Both the position numbers and the translations under genes were made by a program. A DNA stretch of 44,699 nt, taken from IMG/VR virus record IMGVR_UViG_2684622541_000016; one strand, written 5' to 3'. Origin of the DNA: a virus (lineage: Duplodnaviria; Heunggongvirae; Uroviricota; Caudoviricetes). Below the pieces are notes generated by a model. The model saw only the letters and a list, made by a program, of their open reading frames with translations, did no database searches and was not told where the DNA came from. Shown one piece after another: positions 11,717-21,617 of the stretch; positions within the stretch are counted from its first letter, which is position 1, and each line of letters begins with the position of its first letter.

Positions 11717-12109
11717 CTAGAGCGCGCGATATGGAATTTGAAGATTAAGCTGGAACCAGCCATTCTTTTCGCCAACGGCTATTGAGGAAACAGCCTGGTA
11801 ACTGAGACGATCGTCATCCTGAAACTCAAACAGTTCCCGCAATTTATCGGCTGTCTCAGTAATGAGTTTTGAACCAGAACCTGCGGGGACAAATAACTGA
11901 ATAATGATTATCCCCGTGCGATAAACAACCGGCCCCGCGCCAATTTCATTAACTCCAGCCTGCCCGGGAATATTACTTAACCGCGCCCAGATTAACTTAC
12001 CGGAAGGATCGAACGTTGGCCCGTTCGGATACAATACGTCTTTTCCATCAATAATCGTCTGTGCCGTCATTCTGGAAATAACCGTATTTCTGATTTCAGT
12101 AAACTTCAT
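11717..12109 (-). CDS. Tail terminator protein (U-like)
   Basis: 130 aa ORF immediately upstream of the major tail gene; assigned by synteny. Confidence 0.55.
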   Translation of the reverse strand: MKFTEIRNTVISRMTAQTIIDGKDVLYPNGPTFDPSGKLIWARLSNIPGQAGVNEIGAGPVVYRTGIIIIQLFVPAGSGSKLITETADKLRELFEFQDDDRLSYQAVSSIAVGEKNGWFQLNLQIPYRAL

Positions 12110-12486
12110 TTGTAAGCCTGTAAAACACCATGAAAAGCGTTGGCATACACGCCAGTTGGCGCTTGTTGTGAATGACCGTTTTCAAGAGCCTCTGCATAAG
12201 GAAGGTTATTCTGGATATAAATAACCCCGTAATTTGCAGCTTTCGAAATAACCCCGATCCCACGCTGAACAGCAATCGTACCGTTCGGATCCACGTTATC
12301 AGATATACCAAAATCGGGATGCTGTAACGACACCAGGTTGTTATTTCTGAAACGTCCGGTATCAACCGGAGCAGCAATATCAATAGCAGTAAGAATCTGC
12401 ATAGCGATGTAGCGAATCTTCAGCCCTACATCTTCCTCAATCATCCCGGCAAATATTGACGGTTCTATATCCCATGCCTTTGCCAT
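12106..12486 (-). CDS. Tail completion / head-tail joining protein (Z-like, HK97 gp10-like)
   Basis: 126 aa ORF with 4-nt overlap to the next gene; assigned by synteny. Confidence 0.55.
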   Translation of the reverse strand: MAKAWDIEPSIFAGMIEEDVGLKIRYIAMQILTAIDIAAPVDTGRFRNNNLVSLQHPDFGISDNVDPNGTIAVQRGIGVISKAANYGVIYIQNNLPYAEALENGHSQQAPTGVYANAFHGVLQAYK

Positions 12487-12870
12487 TTACGCTCTCCTTA
12501 ACTGGATAGAGTAAACTGATGCGGAAGGATCTACACTTGCTGTAATTACCTCGTATCGTTGTAACTGCCTTGATACAGGATCATAAATCTCAATAATATG
12601 GTCGACAGCTGGTTTATCCGTAACCTCGCATACCAGAGCGGTTAATTTAAGGTCACCATGCAAAATATTAATCCCATCAATTCTGCCCAGCTTATAACGT
12701 GTCAACACGCCTCGCCCGGTATAGATTGCGGTTGATTCGCCGCCAGTTTCCGTCACAGGATCCCAGTGCCGGTGCGTAACGTAAGAACCAGAAAAATCAC
12801 TCACGGCGTCCGCTAAATCCTCATCAAAAGCAGCGGCAACCTCTGACTGAATCTCTTCACGAAGCCCCAT
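12487..12870 (-). CDS. Head closure / head-tail adaptor protein
   Basis: 127 aa ORF in the head-tail joining cluster; translationally coupled to neighbours. Confidence 0.5.
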   Translation of the reverse strand: MGLREEIQSEVAAAFDEDLADAVSDFSGSYVTHRHWDPVTETGGESTAIYTGRGVLTRYKLGRIDGINILHGDLKLTALVCEVTDKPAVDHIIEIYDPVSRQLQRYEVITASVDPSASVYSIQLRRA

Positions 12871-13265
12871 TATCCCCCCCTCACAACCCTGACTTGTGAG
12901 CGACTAAGTCCGTACGGTTTCAGCAGTGCTATCGCAAGCTGTAAATCGGGTTCAAGCAATGCAGTGCTGTTTGCTGGCAACTCAGAAAATGATTTCGATA
13001 CACTGACCCCGTCAGCCGACACGGCTTTACTGATAACAACGCCAGAATCATTTTTCTGCTGAAACAACTTACCGAATGAGGCAATTCTGGCTGCATATGC
13101 TCCCGCAAGTTTTACCTCTTCCGGAATACGGGATGGGTTAATTTTCAGGTTGAAGCCATTAAGCCAGGCATTAGCCATTAAAACAGCTTTATTTTTAGCG
13201 TTCTCACTCGTCCAGGCGTTCCCAAACGCATTATCAACGTCATCACAGGTCACGTAAGTGATCAT
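12870..13265 (-). CDS. Head-tail connector protein (gp6-like)
   Basis: 131 aa ORF after the capsid gene; assigned by synteny. Confidence 0.5.
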   Translation of the reverse strand: MITYVTCDDVDNAFGNAWTSENAKNKAVLMANAWLNGFNLKINPSRIPEEVKLAGAYAARIASFGKLFQQKNDSGVVISKAVSADGVSVSKSFSELPANSTALLEPDLQLAIALLKPYGLSRSQVRVVRGG

Positions 13266-13268
13266 GTG

Positions 13269-13445
13269 TTACTCCTGAGTTTTCCAGCCCATAGCCTTCC
13301 AGTTGTCAACTTCATCAGGATGAACATTAGCGATAGTTGGTGCGCCGGGAAACATCTGATAATCGGTCACCATAACCACTAACTCAATTTGCGTTTTTTG
13401 TGCGGCTTCACGCTGTGCTCTTTGCTCTTTAGTTAATCCGGCCAT
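13269..13445 (-). CDS. Small hypothetical protein (58 aa) between capsid and connector genes
   Basis: ATG at 13445; MAGLTKEQRAQREAAQKTQIELVVMVTDYQMF...; stop overlaps the start region of the next gene; not in the ORF track because it is under 60 aa. Confidence 0.25.
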   Translation of the reverse strand: MAGLTKEQRAQREAAQKTQIELVVMVTDYQMFPGAPTIANVHPDEVDNWKAMGWKTQE

Positions 13446-13456
13446 ATGCCCCCCAT

Positions 13457-13477
13457 TAAAAATGGGGCCGAAGCCCC
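13457..13477 (-). terminator. Intrinsic terminator or mRNA-stabilising hairpin after the major capsid gene
   Basis: Stem ggggc / gcccc with loop cgaa, followed on the minus strand by a T-run (plus-strand A-run 13457-13462). Confidence 0.4.
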
Positions 13478-13487
13478 GTTTGAATGT

Positions 13488-14627
13488 TTAACCAAGAATC
13501 AGACAACCATGTGCCGGCTTCACTGATGAAACACCCCATGCCAGTCCAACTTCATAGCGCACCTGGCGATACTGACGATACAGTGCAATCTGGAACGTAA
13601 TCCCTGAAATCGGGTCCGTAACATTCATTACATCATCAGCATTATCGCCACCTTCCGGCATTGCCGGAGTACGGGATGCCAGCAGAAACGCGTTGCGATC
13701 AAACGCCATATTTGCAGTAAAGGCCCCAACAACTGTGATGGCAGTATCATCGGCCAGATCCTGACGCAGTCCGGGCGCTGCAAGAGTAATCAGATTGCTG
13801 GTCGCTGCTGCCACAACATACTGATTCGGATCACCAGCGAACGTAACAATCTGACCTGCAGAAATACTCCCCGAACCAGTATCAATGGAAATAAGAACAT
13901 CGCCTTCTTTTTTCTCTCCATTCACGAGATAACCAGTTGCAGCAACCTTTGGCGCTCGTTTCACACCTGCCGAACTGTGAATATTGAATCCCTCCAGACG
14001 CCCCAACACGCCCTCACGCAGTAGCTGTTCAGTGCCGGATTCATTCACTTTAAACAATACAGACTGTTTTCCGCGCAAATTAGCAATGGCAGTGGAGCCA
14101 AGCACCATCTGCAGATCGGTTGTCGGTGCGCCGTTATCCTCCAGAACCTGACGAGCCAGAGCAGCATCAGAAAGATCATCTTTAACACCAAACGGCGTTG
14201 TCCCTGCGGTTCCCACGGCGCGGGAAGCACCGAAATACAACGCACCAAGATCAGCCTCAACCTCGTTTGCAAGGGCGCGAAAAGCCTGCTTGAACTGATC
14301 AGCCAGAATGGTGTTGTAAGTCCCTGAAGGGCCAAGAGCCAGTTGTTCTTCACCATTCCATTTAACCGGTGCCATTTTGGATTTAGTAATTTTTACATCA
14401 ACAGTGCCAATATTTTGATCACCGGTATTCGGAGCTGACGGCCCCGGTACGATATCTTCGGTTTTCGCCTCAGGCGCAACTGGCGCGGTTACCGTCTGAT
14501 CTTTTGCTGCGGCGTCAGCTTTTGCGTTTTTTGCTACCGCAGGGATAAAACCTACCTGCTCACGGGATACAACATCCAGGGCGGTATAAATAGTCGGGAT
14601 CAACCCGGTCAGGGTATTTCCAGCCAT
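13488..14627 (-). CDS. Major capsid protein
   Basis: ORF 13488-14720; start placed at MAGNTLTGLIP (14627) after an AAGGAA ribosome binding site; 379 aa; position after the scaffold gene. Confidence 0.8.
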   Translation of the reverse strand: MAGNTLTGLIPTIYTALDVVSREQVGFIPAVAKNAKADAAAKDQTVTAPVAPEAKTEDIVPGPSAPNTGDQNIGTVDVKITKSKMAPVKWNGEEQLALGPSGTYNTILADQFKQAFRALANEVEADLGALYFGASRAVGTAGTTPFGVKDDLSDAALARQVLEDNGAPTTDLQMVLGSTAIANLRGKQSVLFKVNESGTEQLLREGVLGRLEGFNIHSSAGVKRAPKVAATGYLVNGEKKEGDVLISIDTGSGSISAGQIVTFAGDPNQYVVAAATSNLITLAAPGLRQDLADDTAITVVGAFTANMAFDRNAFLLASRTPAMPEGGDNADDVMNVTDPISGITFQIALYRQYRQVRYEVGLAWGVSSVKPAHGCLILG

Positions 14628-14725
14628 AATTAAATATTCCTTAAAAATTTGCGTAATTGTGAATAGATGGAGTAATGAGCTATCCAGCCCTGACACCAGC
14701 TCCCATCCGGAAGCTGACAAATGTG

Positions 14726-15490
14726 TTAATCAACGATTGTGATACCGTCTTTCAATGCGTTTTGCTTACCTGCAACATCCAGTGCATCAAAAGCAGAGCG
14801 TTTCATCGTTTTCTGACCAATATCATGCTGTGTCGGACGGGAGCCGCCGCCATTGTTGCCACTGGCTTTCAGGATGTAGTCTTTCTGAGGGTAATTTTCG
14901 ACAAGGAACTCCAGCGCCTCATCAAACTGCGCCAGTTCGCCAGGCTTCGCGCGGGAATAAATTTTGTTGCCGGAAGCGTCATAAGCAACGATCCTCCCTT
15001 CTTCCACTTTGAATGCCTGCCCGAAGCGGGCTTGTAATAAATCTGCCGGGATCGCAATTTTATCGGCAATATATTTTGAACCCGCAAAACTACCGCCAAT
15101 CATAGAATCGTAAAGCTGCTTCTCCAGCATCTGAGAGCGTTGCTTTTCTTCATCTAATTGCTGCTGAAAATTTTTCGTAATTTCTGCCTTAACCTGGTCA
15201 ACCTGTCCCGCATCGAGCAGCTTTTTCTGGTCGATTTTTGACAGCATTTCCAGTGCCTCGATCGCCTTCTTCGGGTCTTCGATAGCGGCAAACTTAGCCA
15301 GTTTTTCCTCTGCAGCTTCTTTAGCCAGGCGATGATTTTTTGCCTCGCCATTAAGCTCTGTAATTTTTTTTGTCGCCAGCGGTGCATCGAAGCCAATTTC
15401 TTTACCATCGTCGTGCACATAAACTGGCAGGCCAGCAGTATCAATTTCTGCGTATTGTTTTCCGTTAATCTCGACCGTTTTCAGTTTCAT
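14726..15490 (-). CDS. Capsid scaffolding protein
   Basis: Start placed at MKLKTVEINGKQY (15490); charged coiled-coil-like K/E/A-rich protein directly upstream of the capsid gene. The longer ORF start at 15562 would translate through a terminator hairpin. Confidence 0.6.
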   Translation of the reverse strand: MKLKTVEINGKQYAEIDTAGLPVYVHDDGKEIGFDAPLATKKITELNGEAKNHRLAKEAAEEKLAKFAAIEDPKKAIEALEMLSKIDQKKLLDAGQVDQVKAEITKNFQQQLDEEKQRSQMLEKQLYDSMIGGSFAGSKYIADKIAIPADLLQARFGQAFKVEEGRIVAYDASGNKIYSRAKPGELAQFDEALEFLVENYPQKDYILKASGNNGGGSRPTQHDIGQKTMKRSAFDALDVAGKQNALKDGITIVD

Positions 15491-15548
15491 ATTAGTACCT
15501 GGTTTAAGTCTTCCGACAGTTACGCTGCTCACCATCCGGATCGCAGCA

Positions 15549-15575
15549 ATAAAAAAGGCCACCCGAAGGTAGCCT
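15549..15575 (-). terminator. Intrinsic terminator-like hairpin after the head morphogenesis gene
   Basis: 8-bp stem aggccacc / ggtagcct (one mismatch) with loop cgaa; the plus-strand A-run 15550-15556 gives a minus-strand T-run. Confidence 0.4.
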
Positions 15576-15594
15576 GTTGTAATAAATGATTTAT

Positions 15595-16710
15595 TTAAAT
15601 CCCTGCTTTTCTGAATACCTGTGCATCACGCTCACGGAGCTGCTTCAGCGTCAGCCATTCGCCTTTATCGGTGTAAAATTCATCTGGCGACATACCACCA
15701 TCCCGAATCAGCTTTGCTCGGCTTTCCCCCACAATCTGTTTTTGTCTGGTGTAAGGCTGACGCAAAAACCATTCCCTGTAGGTTGTATCTCCGGCCACCA
15801 CGCCATCCATGCTGGCCCGCTCAGCCGGGGAAATATCGCGAACATCAATACCCAGTTCCTTCGCTGATTTCAGAATGAACGTTTCCGTTGAGCGGCAGCA
15901 GAAATGAATTTTTCCCGGCCCCTGCAAATAAGGCACGCTGTGACCTACAGGTTTATTATTCAGCGTATATTTGAGGCGATCCCTGATTCGACATTGTGGC
16001 GTAGTACGATTATCAAGCGTTGATAACCATTGCTTACCCTTAATCAAATCATTATTCGCGCTGGCAAAACTCTCACGGGCAGTAGCAGCAAGATGTCCAA
16101 CCGCTGTTTTTGCAATGCTGGCCGCATTAGCCCGGCTCATCTGCAATGCACCATCCTGAAATCCCTTACTGACATGTCCCCGAATTTTTCTTGCGATCTG
16201 CTCATTGGTATCCCCCAGCAAAAAACCCTGACGCACTGTATTTGTTATGCGTCTGAGCCGATCCGCCTCAAGATCTGAGGCCCACTCACTGAGCAGTCGT
16301 CCCTGGAATGGTCGCGCCATTGCAGCGGCATAAAGTGCATCAGGAGAGATACCAACCAGAGGGTGAACATCAGCAACAAAATCAGGTAGCATAGAATCAA
16401 ACAGACTTAACTGATAACCAGCCTCATAAATTGCCAGCTCGTTCAGCTCTCCGGAGAGACTGGTAAACATGCTGTTAATAGCAGTGCGGTTAACCTCTCT
16501 GACGCTCGCCAGAAGTGACTCCAGGCGCTTAACGGTAAAACTACCTGGATCGAGGCTGTCCAGTGCTATCAGCAGGCGAGCAGTAAGTTCCGCATCGCTG
16601 TCATTCAGTATTTTCACCATTCTGGCAGCCACGCCAGTGCTATAGCGGGATATCCAGACTGCATGAGCAATTGATTCATCACGCAGCCGTTCATTCACGG
16701 TTTGCATCAT
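15595..16710 (-). CDS. Head morphogenesis / minor capsid protein (Mu F-like, SPP1 gp7-like)
   Basis: 371 aa ORF directly after the portal gene with a 20-nt overlap; typical position. Confidence 0.6.
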   Translation of the reverse strand: MMQTVNERLRDESIAHAVWISRYSTGVAARMVKILNDSDAELTARLLIALDSLDPGSFTVKRLESLLASVREVNRTAINSMFTSLSGELNELAIYEAGYQLSLFDSMLPDFVADVHPLVGISPDALYAAAMARPFQGRLLSEWASDLEADRLRRITNTVRQGFLLGDTNEQIARKIRGHVSKGFQDGALQMSRANAASIAKTAVGHLAATARESFASANNDLIKGKQWLSTLDNRTTPQCRIRDRLKYTLNNKPVGHSVPYLQGPGKIHFCCRSTETFILKSAKELGIDVRDISPAERASMDGVVAGDTTYREWFLRQPYTRQKQIVGESRAKLIRDGGMSPDEFYTDKGEWLTLKQLRERDAQVFRKAGI

Positions 16711-18097
16711 TGATTTCCATCAGCATTACACTCTGATTTTTTAATTCATCGATCACTTCCTCTGGACGGGAATCCTGATCGATAAATTTCAACGCCTGCA
16801 ACACCCGAACCGCATCAATCTGACGTATATCACCGCCCTGACGCAATGACTGAACAGCCAGCGCGGAGGATGAGTCAAACACCTGGGCAGATACATCCAG
16901 TTCAGTGCGCACATCCACATTGCCACCGCAACTCTCTCCGATCCATTCCGCCATTATCTGGAGAATATTATCGAGGGCATCTTCGAGGGAGTTCGCCATT
17001 GTATAAAGCGGCGAGTTTTCCTGCATTCGCTCTTCATTAGTCTGATCAACAGATTTGGTGGATGTATTTTCAGCACGCAGAAGTTTAGCGCCGGCATGAC
17101 GCATCTGATTTTCCAGCTTCTCAAGTGATGTTTCGCCAGATTCTATCGCTGCGCCACTATGTTCAACATATTCGAGGCCATTTTTTGTTCTGTCCTCAAA
17201 AATCGTAGCGGTGGATGCACCAACCGTCAGTTCTTCATTCCTGTCCAGCCCGTAGGCCACCAGCAATGGAACGCGGGCAACATGAAGAATATTGTCCTGC
17301 TCGCTCTGGCTTTGCCAGTGCTTGATATTCAGCAAGCCAAGATTAAGCAATGGCGGTGTACCACGCATAAATCCTGTTTTCTTCGTGTACAGTGTTACCA
17401 GAGGAATATCATCACGGCTGGTATTCCATGACTCATGAAGCGTCCAGACAGATTCGCCATTAGTGCCTTCGCTACGTCGATAAATTTCAACTCGACGGGG
17501 CATAATATGGCGGATCTGCTCCACCTTCTTCTGCCCGAAATCATCACCATCAATAATGATGACCTCTTTTATACGCAAATCAGTGAGAACAACTTTCCCT
17601 TTTTCAACTTTCGATTTCCATCCAATAACCTGGCGTGGATTCAGCATCGTAACGTACGGACGACCACCGGTCGCGTTTTCATCGGCTTTTGTCCGAATCT
17701 CTTTCATATCCGTTCGTGGATAGTCCACCAGCGCATGTGCCACACCATACTGAAATGCGAGGCTGAAAAATTGCTGCGCCCACACATCCAGTCGGCTCCC
17801 CTCCATGTCGATATTTTCTGCATATTCCCTGATTTTTGCCGGCGTTTCCTCACTCAATACTGTCGGCTCTGCAAATATGCGCCCAATATTTTGCTTGATG
17901 CTTTCTTCATACACAGGAAGTAGCGTAGCCACAGACAGGCGTTTTTTATAAGCGTCTTCATCTTCGTTAGGCCATTTTGGGAGATAATTTTCCCCCTGCC
18001 TGCGCATTTCAAGCGTACCGCCCATCAGTGCGTCGTTAATATCCCACGCCTCCAGCATATCGTTATAGTCGAGGTTGGGTGTTGATATATCAGCCAT
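16691..18097 (-). CDS. Portal protein
   Basis: 468 aa ORF immediately downstream of the large terminase gene. Confidence 0.8.
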   Translation of the reverse strand: MADISTPNLDYNDMLEAWDINDALMGGTLEMRRQGENYLPKWPNEDEDAYKKRLSVATLLPVYEESIKQNIGRIFAEPTVLSEETPAKIREYAENIDMEGSRLDVWAQQFFSLAFQYGVAHALVDYPRTDMKEIRTKADENATGGRPYVTMLNPRQVIGWKSKVEKGKVVLTDLRIKEVIIIDGDDFGQKKVEQIRHIMPRRVEIYRRSEGTNGESVWTLHESWNTSRDDIPLVTLYTKKTGFMRGTPPLLNLGLLNIKHWQSQSEQDNILHVARVPLLVAYGLDRNEELTVGASTATIFEDRTKNGLEYVEHSGAAIESGETSLEKLENQMRHAGAKLLRAENTSTKSVDQTNEERMQENSPLYTMANSLEDALDNILQIMAEWIGESCGGNVDVRTELDVSAQVFDSSSALAVQSLRQGGDIRQIDAVRVLQALKFIDQDSRPEEVIDELKNQSVMLMEINDANRE

Positions 18098-18099
18098 AA

Positions 18100-19410
18100 T
18101 TAAATCCGAAGTGATGTGACTCTTCCGGTCGGTTTGACAATAGGGAATTGCTTAACGATGAAATAACCTCCGGCATCATTCGGGTGATCATTGCCAGATT
18201 TTTTATCAGGCTCCCCCTTCTCATCCCAGACCTGTTGCTCCAGAGATTCGGCATATAACGGGCAACGCTTCACATTAACTTTATAGCGACGCTCACCATT
18301 GGCATTGCAGAACATTGCATTCATTGAGTTAACGCGATCTTTTACTGGCGGGTTCGAGCTGTTCACCACAACGTTAAAACCAGCCTGCTTAAGCTGGGCT
18401 ATATCCGTCGTACTTGCGTTACTTGATTTTCTGGAATCCCCGGAAGCATCTGGATAAATATAAATTTCCCTCACTTTCCGGTAATCATTCCCATCATACA
18501 GCCAGAAGCGTTCTTTAATGATGCGGATCATATCCGGCGTATCGTAGGCATTGATGATTTCAGTTACCGCACATGGAAGCCCCAAACGCAGCACATGGAC
18601 GATTCCCGCCATCTTTCCAACGTTAAAATCCATCCCAATATAAATCGGCTCCCCTGGCTGCTCCACTTCTTCGCAATTATTCAGTTTCCGGTCAAACTGA
18701 TGGTAAACAGTACCACTTGTCAGGTTAGTAAACTGTCCTCGAAGATAGGCTTTAATCAGCTCTGGAGGGTATGATTCAAGAAGCGAAGGAATGTAATCTG
18801 CTGGCAGGTTCTTTTCATTATCGAAAGTAGATGCCTGCACCAGACCATACAGTGAGGCCAGCTCTGTTTTTTCACGCACGGCTTTAACAAACTGCTCGTA
18901 GACAAATTTGAATCCTTCCGGCGTGGTTGTAACGTCAATACCGTTGCGAAGTCCATCAATCTTATAACGCATACGTGCAATTATCTTGCGCCACGCCGTT
19001 CTGGCTTTTTCCTTCGGCAAAATGTCCAGTTCATCCACCAACGCATTACCAATTTTGAAACCGACGATCGTTTGTGGCTTCTCCATCGATCTGCAGATAG
19101 TGGTTCCCCGATACTGGCGTCCGTAATAAAAGTGAACCTCTTTATTTCCCTCATTAATTTTTACGTTCAATCCCCAGTCAGCAGCAACTTCTTCCACTGT
19201 AGGGTAAAAAATATCGCGAATTTGGGGATACGTTGGCGCAAAATATCCCTGATTTATACCTGGATGCTCCCAAATCCCCTTGCATATGCCGCCACACCCA
19301 ACCCATGTTTTGCCCGAGCCAAAACCAGCAATATAGGCTTTAAATTTATGGGGCATTGAAAGAAATCGCGCCTGAGGCACATTAAGCGTCGGAGAGATCA
19401 TCTTCATCAC
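18100..19410 (-). CDS. Terminase large subunit
   Basis: 436 aa ORF with Walker A-like AGFGSGKT near the N-terminus and a C-terminal nuclease-like region; followed by the portal gene. Confidence 0.85.
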   Translation of the reverse strand: MMKMISPTLNVPQARFLSMPHKFKAYIAGFGSGKTWVGCGGICKGIWEHPGINQGYFAPTYPQIRDIFYPTVEEVAADWGLNVKINEGNKEVHFYYGRQYRGTTICRSMEKPQTIVGFKIGNALVDELDILPKEKARTAWRKIIARMRYKIDGLRNGIDVTTTPEGFKFVYEQFVKAVREKTELASLYGLVQASTFDNEKNLPADYIPSLLESYPPELIKAYLRGQFTNLTSGTVYHQFDRKLNNCEEVEQPGEPIYIGMDFNVGKMAGIVHVLRLGLPCAVTEIINAYDTPDMIRIIKERFWLYDGNDYRKVREIYIYPDASGDSRKSSNASTTDIAQLKQAGFNVVVNSSNPPVKDRVNSMNAMFCNANGERRYKVNVKRCPLYAESLEQQVWDEKGEPDKKSGNDHPNDAGGYFIVKQFPIVKPTGRVTSLRI

Positions 19411-20476
19411 TCCTTACTCTGGCATCAACCACATTAATATTGATCGCCACAGGCTGGGGATGTTCATTATCTTCCACCGTTTCGATCTCTTTGCGCAGCT
19501 TCTGGTTTTCCATTCTGCGCCGTTCAATTTCCAGTTCCCGTAGCCGCTTATCTGCACATAAAGCCCCGCCAGCAGAAAACAAACGCAACAATTCACGCCG
19601 GGCGGCAGCCTTATCCTCCAGCAGGATCTCAACGCCGAATTTTCCGAATTTTGCCCCTGCATATAATTGCCGCGCATCCCCATCAAGCAGAGTGGTATCA
19701 GCCATATAAAGCTGTCCCGTTCCCTCACCGCAGCACTTCGGGCAGTCCGGATTGGGTATGGCGTTATCAACAAAGCCGAGGCCTCCATATTCCGGTTCGG
19801 GTTTGCCATCTCTGGAAGCCTGCGCCGCTGCCTTGTCGAATTCTGCTATATCGCGCCACTGGTAGAGATGATTCTCGCCCCAGCAATAACGGCAGTTAAC
19901 ACGGCGAAATTGTGCAAGCTGATTGGGGTCGGCCAGGACAATAGCCATCAACTGACTCACTAGTAAATCCAGGTCTGCGGTATAGCGTTTCTGGTACTGA
20001 TTGCGGAAGTAGCTGATAGCGCGAAAAACCCTGGCATTTCTAAGCATACGACTGGCGTTGCTGTTAGCTGTCGCACCTTGCCCCTCATAACCGGCTAGTC
20101 GGTACGCCTCTGTCGGCTTTTTACCCTGAGCAACAAGCATCGCAAACTTAGCCTGCTGGTCAGAAATGCCGAATTCATCGGGACAGAACGAAAATTCCTC
20201 CGCGTCGCCCTCATTCAGGCCCGCATCGAATACTGGCTTTTTTTCCTGAGATTTTTCGTTCCGCTTTTGTGCAGTCTGCGCAGATTTTTTCTGCGCACTT
20301 TTTTGCGCAGTTTTGCACATTTCTGTCTGCGCATTTTTCGGAGTTTTTTTGATGTAACGACGGGCTGTTGCGTAATTCAGTCCCCTTGCTTCACACCATG
20401 CCACCGGAGATATACCGGAGCGGGTGTATTCAGCAATATACTCCTGCTGCAACGCCCCCCAGTCCGGTCTGCTCAT
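19382..20476 (-). CDS. Terminase small subunit (Terminase_2-like core with N-terminal HTH and Cys4 ribbon)
   Basis: 364 aa ORF; segment AYRLAGYEG...ASRMLRNARV resembles the small-terminase signature; CxxC...CxxC motif; immediately upstream of the large terminase gene. Confidence 0.7.
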   Translation of the reverse strand: MSRPDWGALQQEYIAEYTRSGISPVAWCEARGLNYATARRYIKKTPKNAQTEMCKTAQKSAQKKSAQTAQKRNEKSQEKKPVFDAGLNEGDAEEFSFCPDEFGISDQQAKFAMLVAQGKKPTEAYRLAGYEGQGATANSNASRMLRNARVFRAISYFRNQYQKRYTADLDLLVSQLMAIVLADPNQLAQFRRVNCRYCWGENHLYQWRDIAEFDKAAAQASRDGKPEPEYGGLGFVDNAIPNPDCPKCCGEGTGQLYMADTTLLDGDARQLYAGAKFGKFGVEILLEDKAAARRELLRLFSAGGALCADKRLRELEIERRRMENQKLRKEIETVEDNEHPQPVAININVVDARVRSDEDDLSDA

Positions 20477-20479
20477 CAG

Positions 20480-20731
20480 TTAGTCCTGATTTTTATCCAC
20501 CCTGAGTAGTTCGCGCAGAGCAAAGGCATCCCCTTTTCTGGCAAGCTTAAACAATGCCGCTCGTAACTCGGCTTCACCTTTCGCTCTGCCCTTACGGATG
20601 GCCGCATAAAAATCTGTCATTGCTTCCCGATTTTCTTTCAGTCGGTTCAGATCAACATCCAGAACGTCAGCGATTTGTTGTGCAGTCATCCGGCACGCTG
20701 CCAGAGACTCGACTTTCGAATACGGAATCAT
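20480..20731 (-). CDS. Small HTH-like hypothetical protein
   Basis: 83 aa ORF MIPYSKVESLAACRMTAQQIADVLDVDLNRL...; the start may be the internal Met (MTAQQ). Confidence 0.4.
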   Translation of the reverse strand: MIPYSKVESLAACRMTAQQIADVLDVDLNRLKENREAMTDFYAAIRKGRAKGEAELRAALFKLARKGDAFALRELLRVDKNQD

Positions 20732-21617
20732 TTGTCACCCCCATTGATATGCAGGGTGTCTTCTTCCTGTATTTTTCGTGAAGGATTTTTACTGCAGCGT
20801 TGTTCCAGGTGACCTGATGGTGAATGCGTTTATGACTGGCACCCATAAGTGAGATTTTTACGCACGACGGCGCATACATGACGGAGTAAAAACTTTTAAC
20901 GTAGGTTCCGGAATCCAGATACAGCTCGGTCATTCCGCCGCTGTTTTTCTGCGTCTGTTTCTGCCCTAACTGGACAGCACCGATCGTCATAAACAATTCA
21001 CCACAGCGACCGAGATTCGTGTACGTATTCACATCCTCGTTAATGCGCCCCATGAATGAGAACGGTCGATCAACCGAACAGATAAAGCTGTTCATTGCCT
21101 TGCGTTTCACCCACGAAGCATGGCCGCCATTGTCACCAAGAAAATCCCCGCCCTGCGACATAGCGATGGAAAGAGCAGGTATTGATTCGTAGTACGCAAG
21201 CATTTCAGAAAGGATCTCATCCAGTTTCCTTATCGGGAAATAGGCCTGGTCATAGTTGCGATCCACCCGAAACTGGAACTCGTGATAATCATCATCGAGC
21301 TGAATGAAGTATTTACACCCGACCAGTTTTGCCTGGTCGAAACAGGCATTACGGGCGTAAAAAATTGAGCGGCGGTCACTAAAATTATCGGCTTCGTCAA
21401 AACGACTAGCAATATCGGCTTTGGAAAATACCAGCACCTGTTCACCAAATTCAGCCATGTACTGATGCCGTGTCTTATCTTCATCATCAACAACGATAAA
21501 AATTTTCCCGGTATAGCCAGCACGACGCAACGTCCGGTAAGTCAGAACTTTGTCCGGTCGCCCGTGAGTCAGAATAAAGGCGCAAAAATCATCACGCATA
21601 TTCCTCCTCCCCGCCAT
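20667..21617 (-). CDS. Hypothetical protein with DxD-type acidic motif (possible GT-A-like transferase)
   Basis: 316 aa ORF; ...KIFIVVDDEDK... and ...YFIQLDDDYHEF...; overlaps the stop of the ParB-like gene. Function is not assignable from sequence alone. Confidence 0.5.
   Translation of the reverse strand: MAGRRNMRDDFCAFILTHGRPDKVLTYRTLRRAGYTGKIFIVVDDEDKTRHQYMAEFGEQVLVFSKADIASRFDEADNFSDRRSIFYARNACFDQAKLVGCKYFIQLDDDYHEFQFRVDRNYDQAYFPIRKLDEILSEMLAYYESIPALSIAMSQGGDFLGDNGGHASWVKRKAMNSFICSVDRPFSFMGRINEDVNTYTNLGRCGELFMTIGAVQLGQKQTQKNSGGMTELYLDSGTYVKSFYSVMYAPSCVKISLMGASHKRIHHQVTWNNAAVKILHEKYRKKTPCISMGVTNDSVFESRVSGSVPDDCTTNR

Noticed and set aside
15491-15562. N-terminal extension of the scaffold ORF
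   Set aside because: The extension is the translation of the terminator hairpin and U-run; the real start is placed at 15490.
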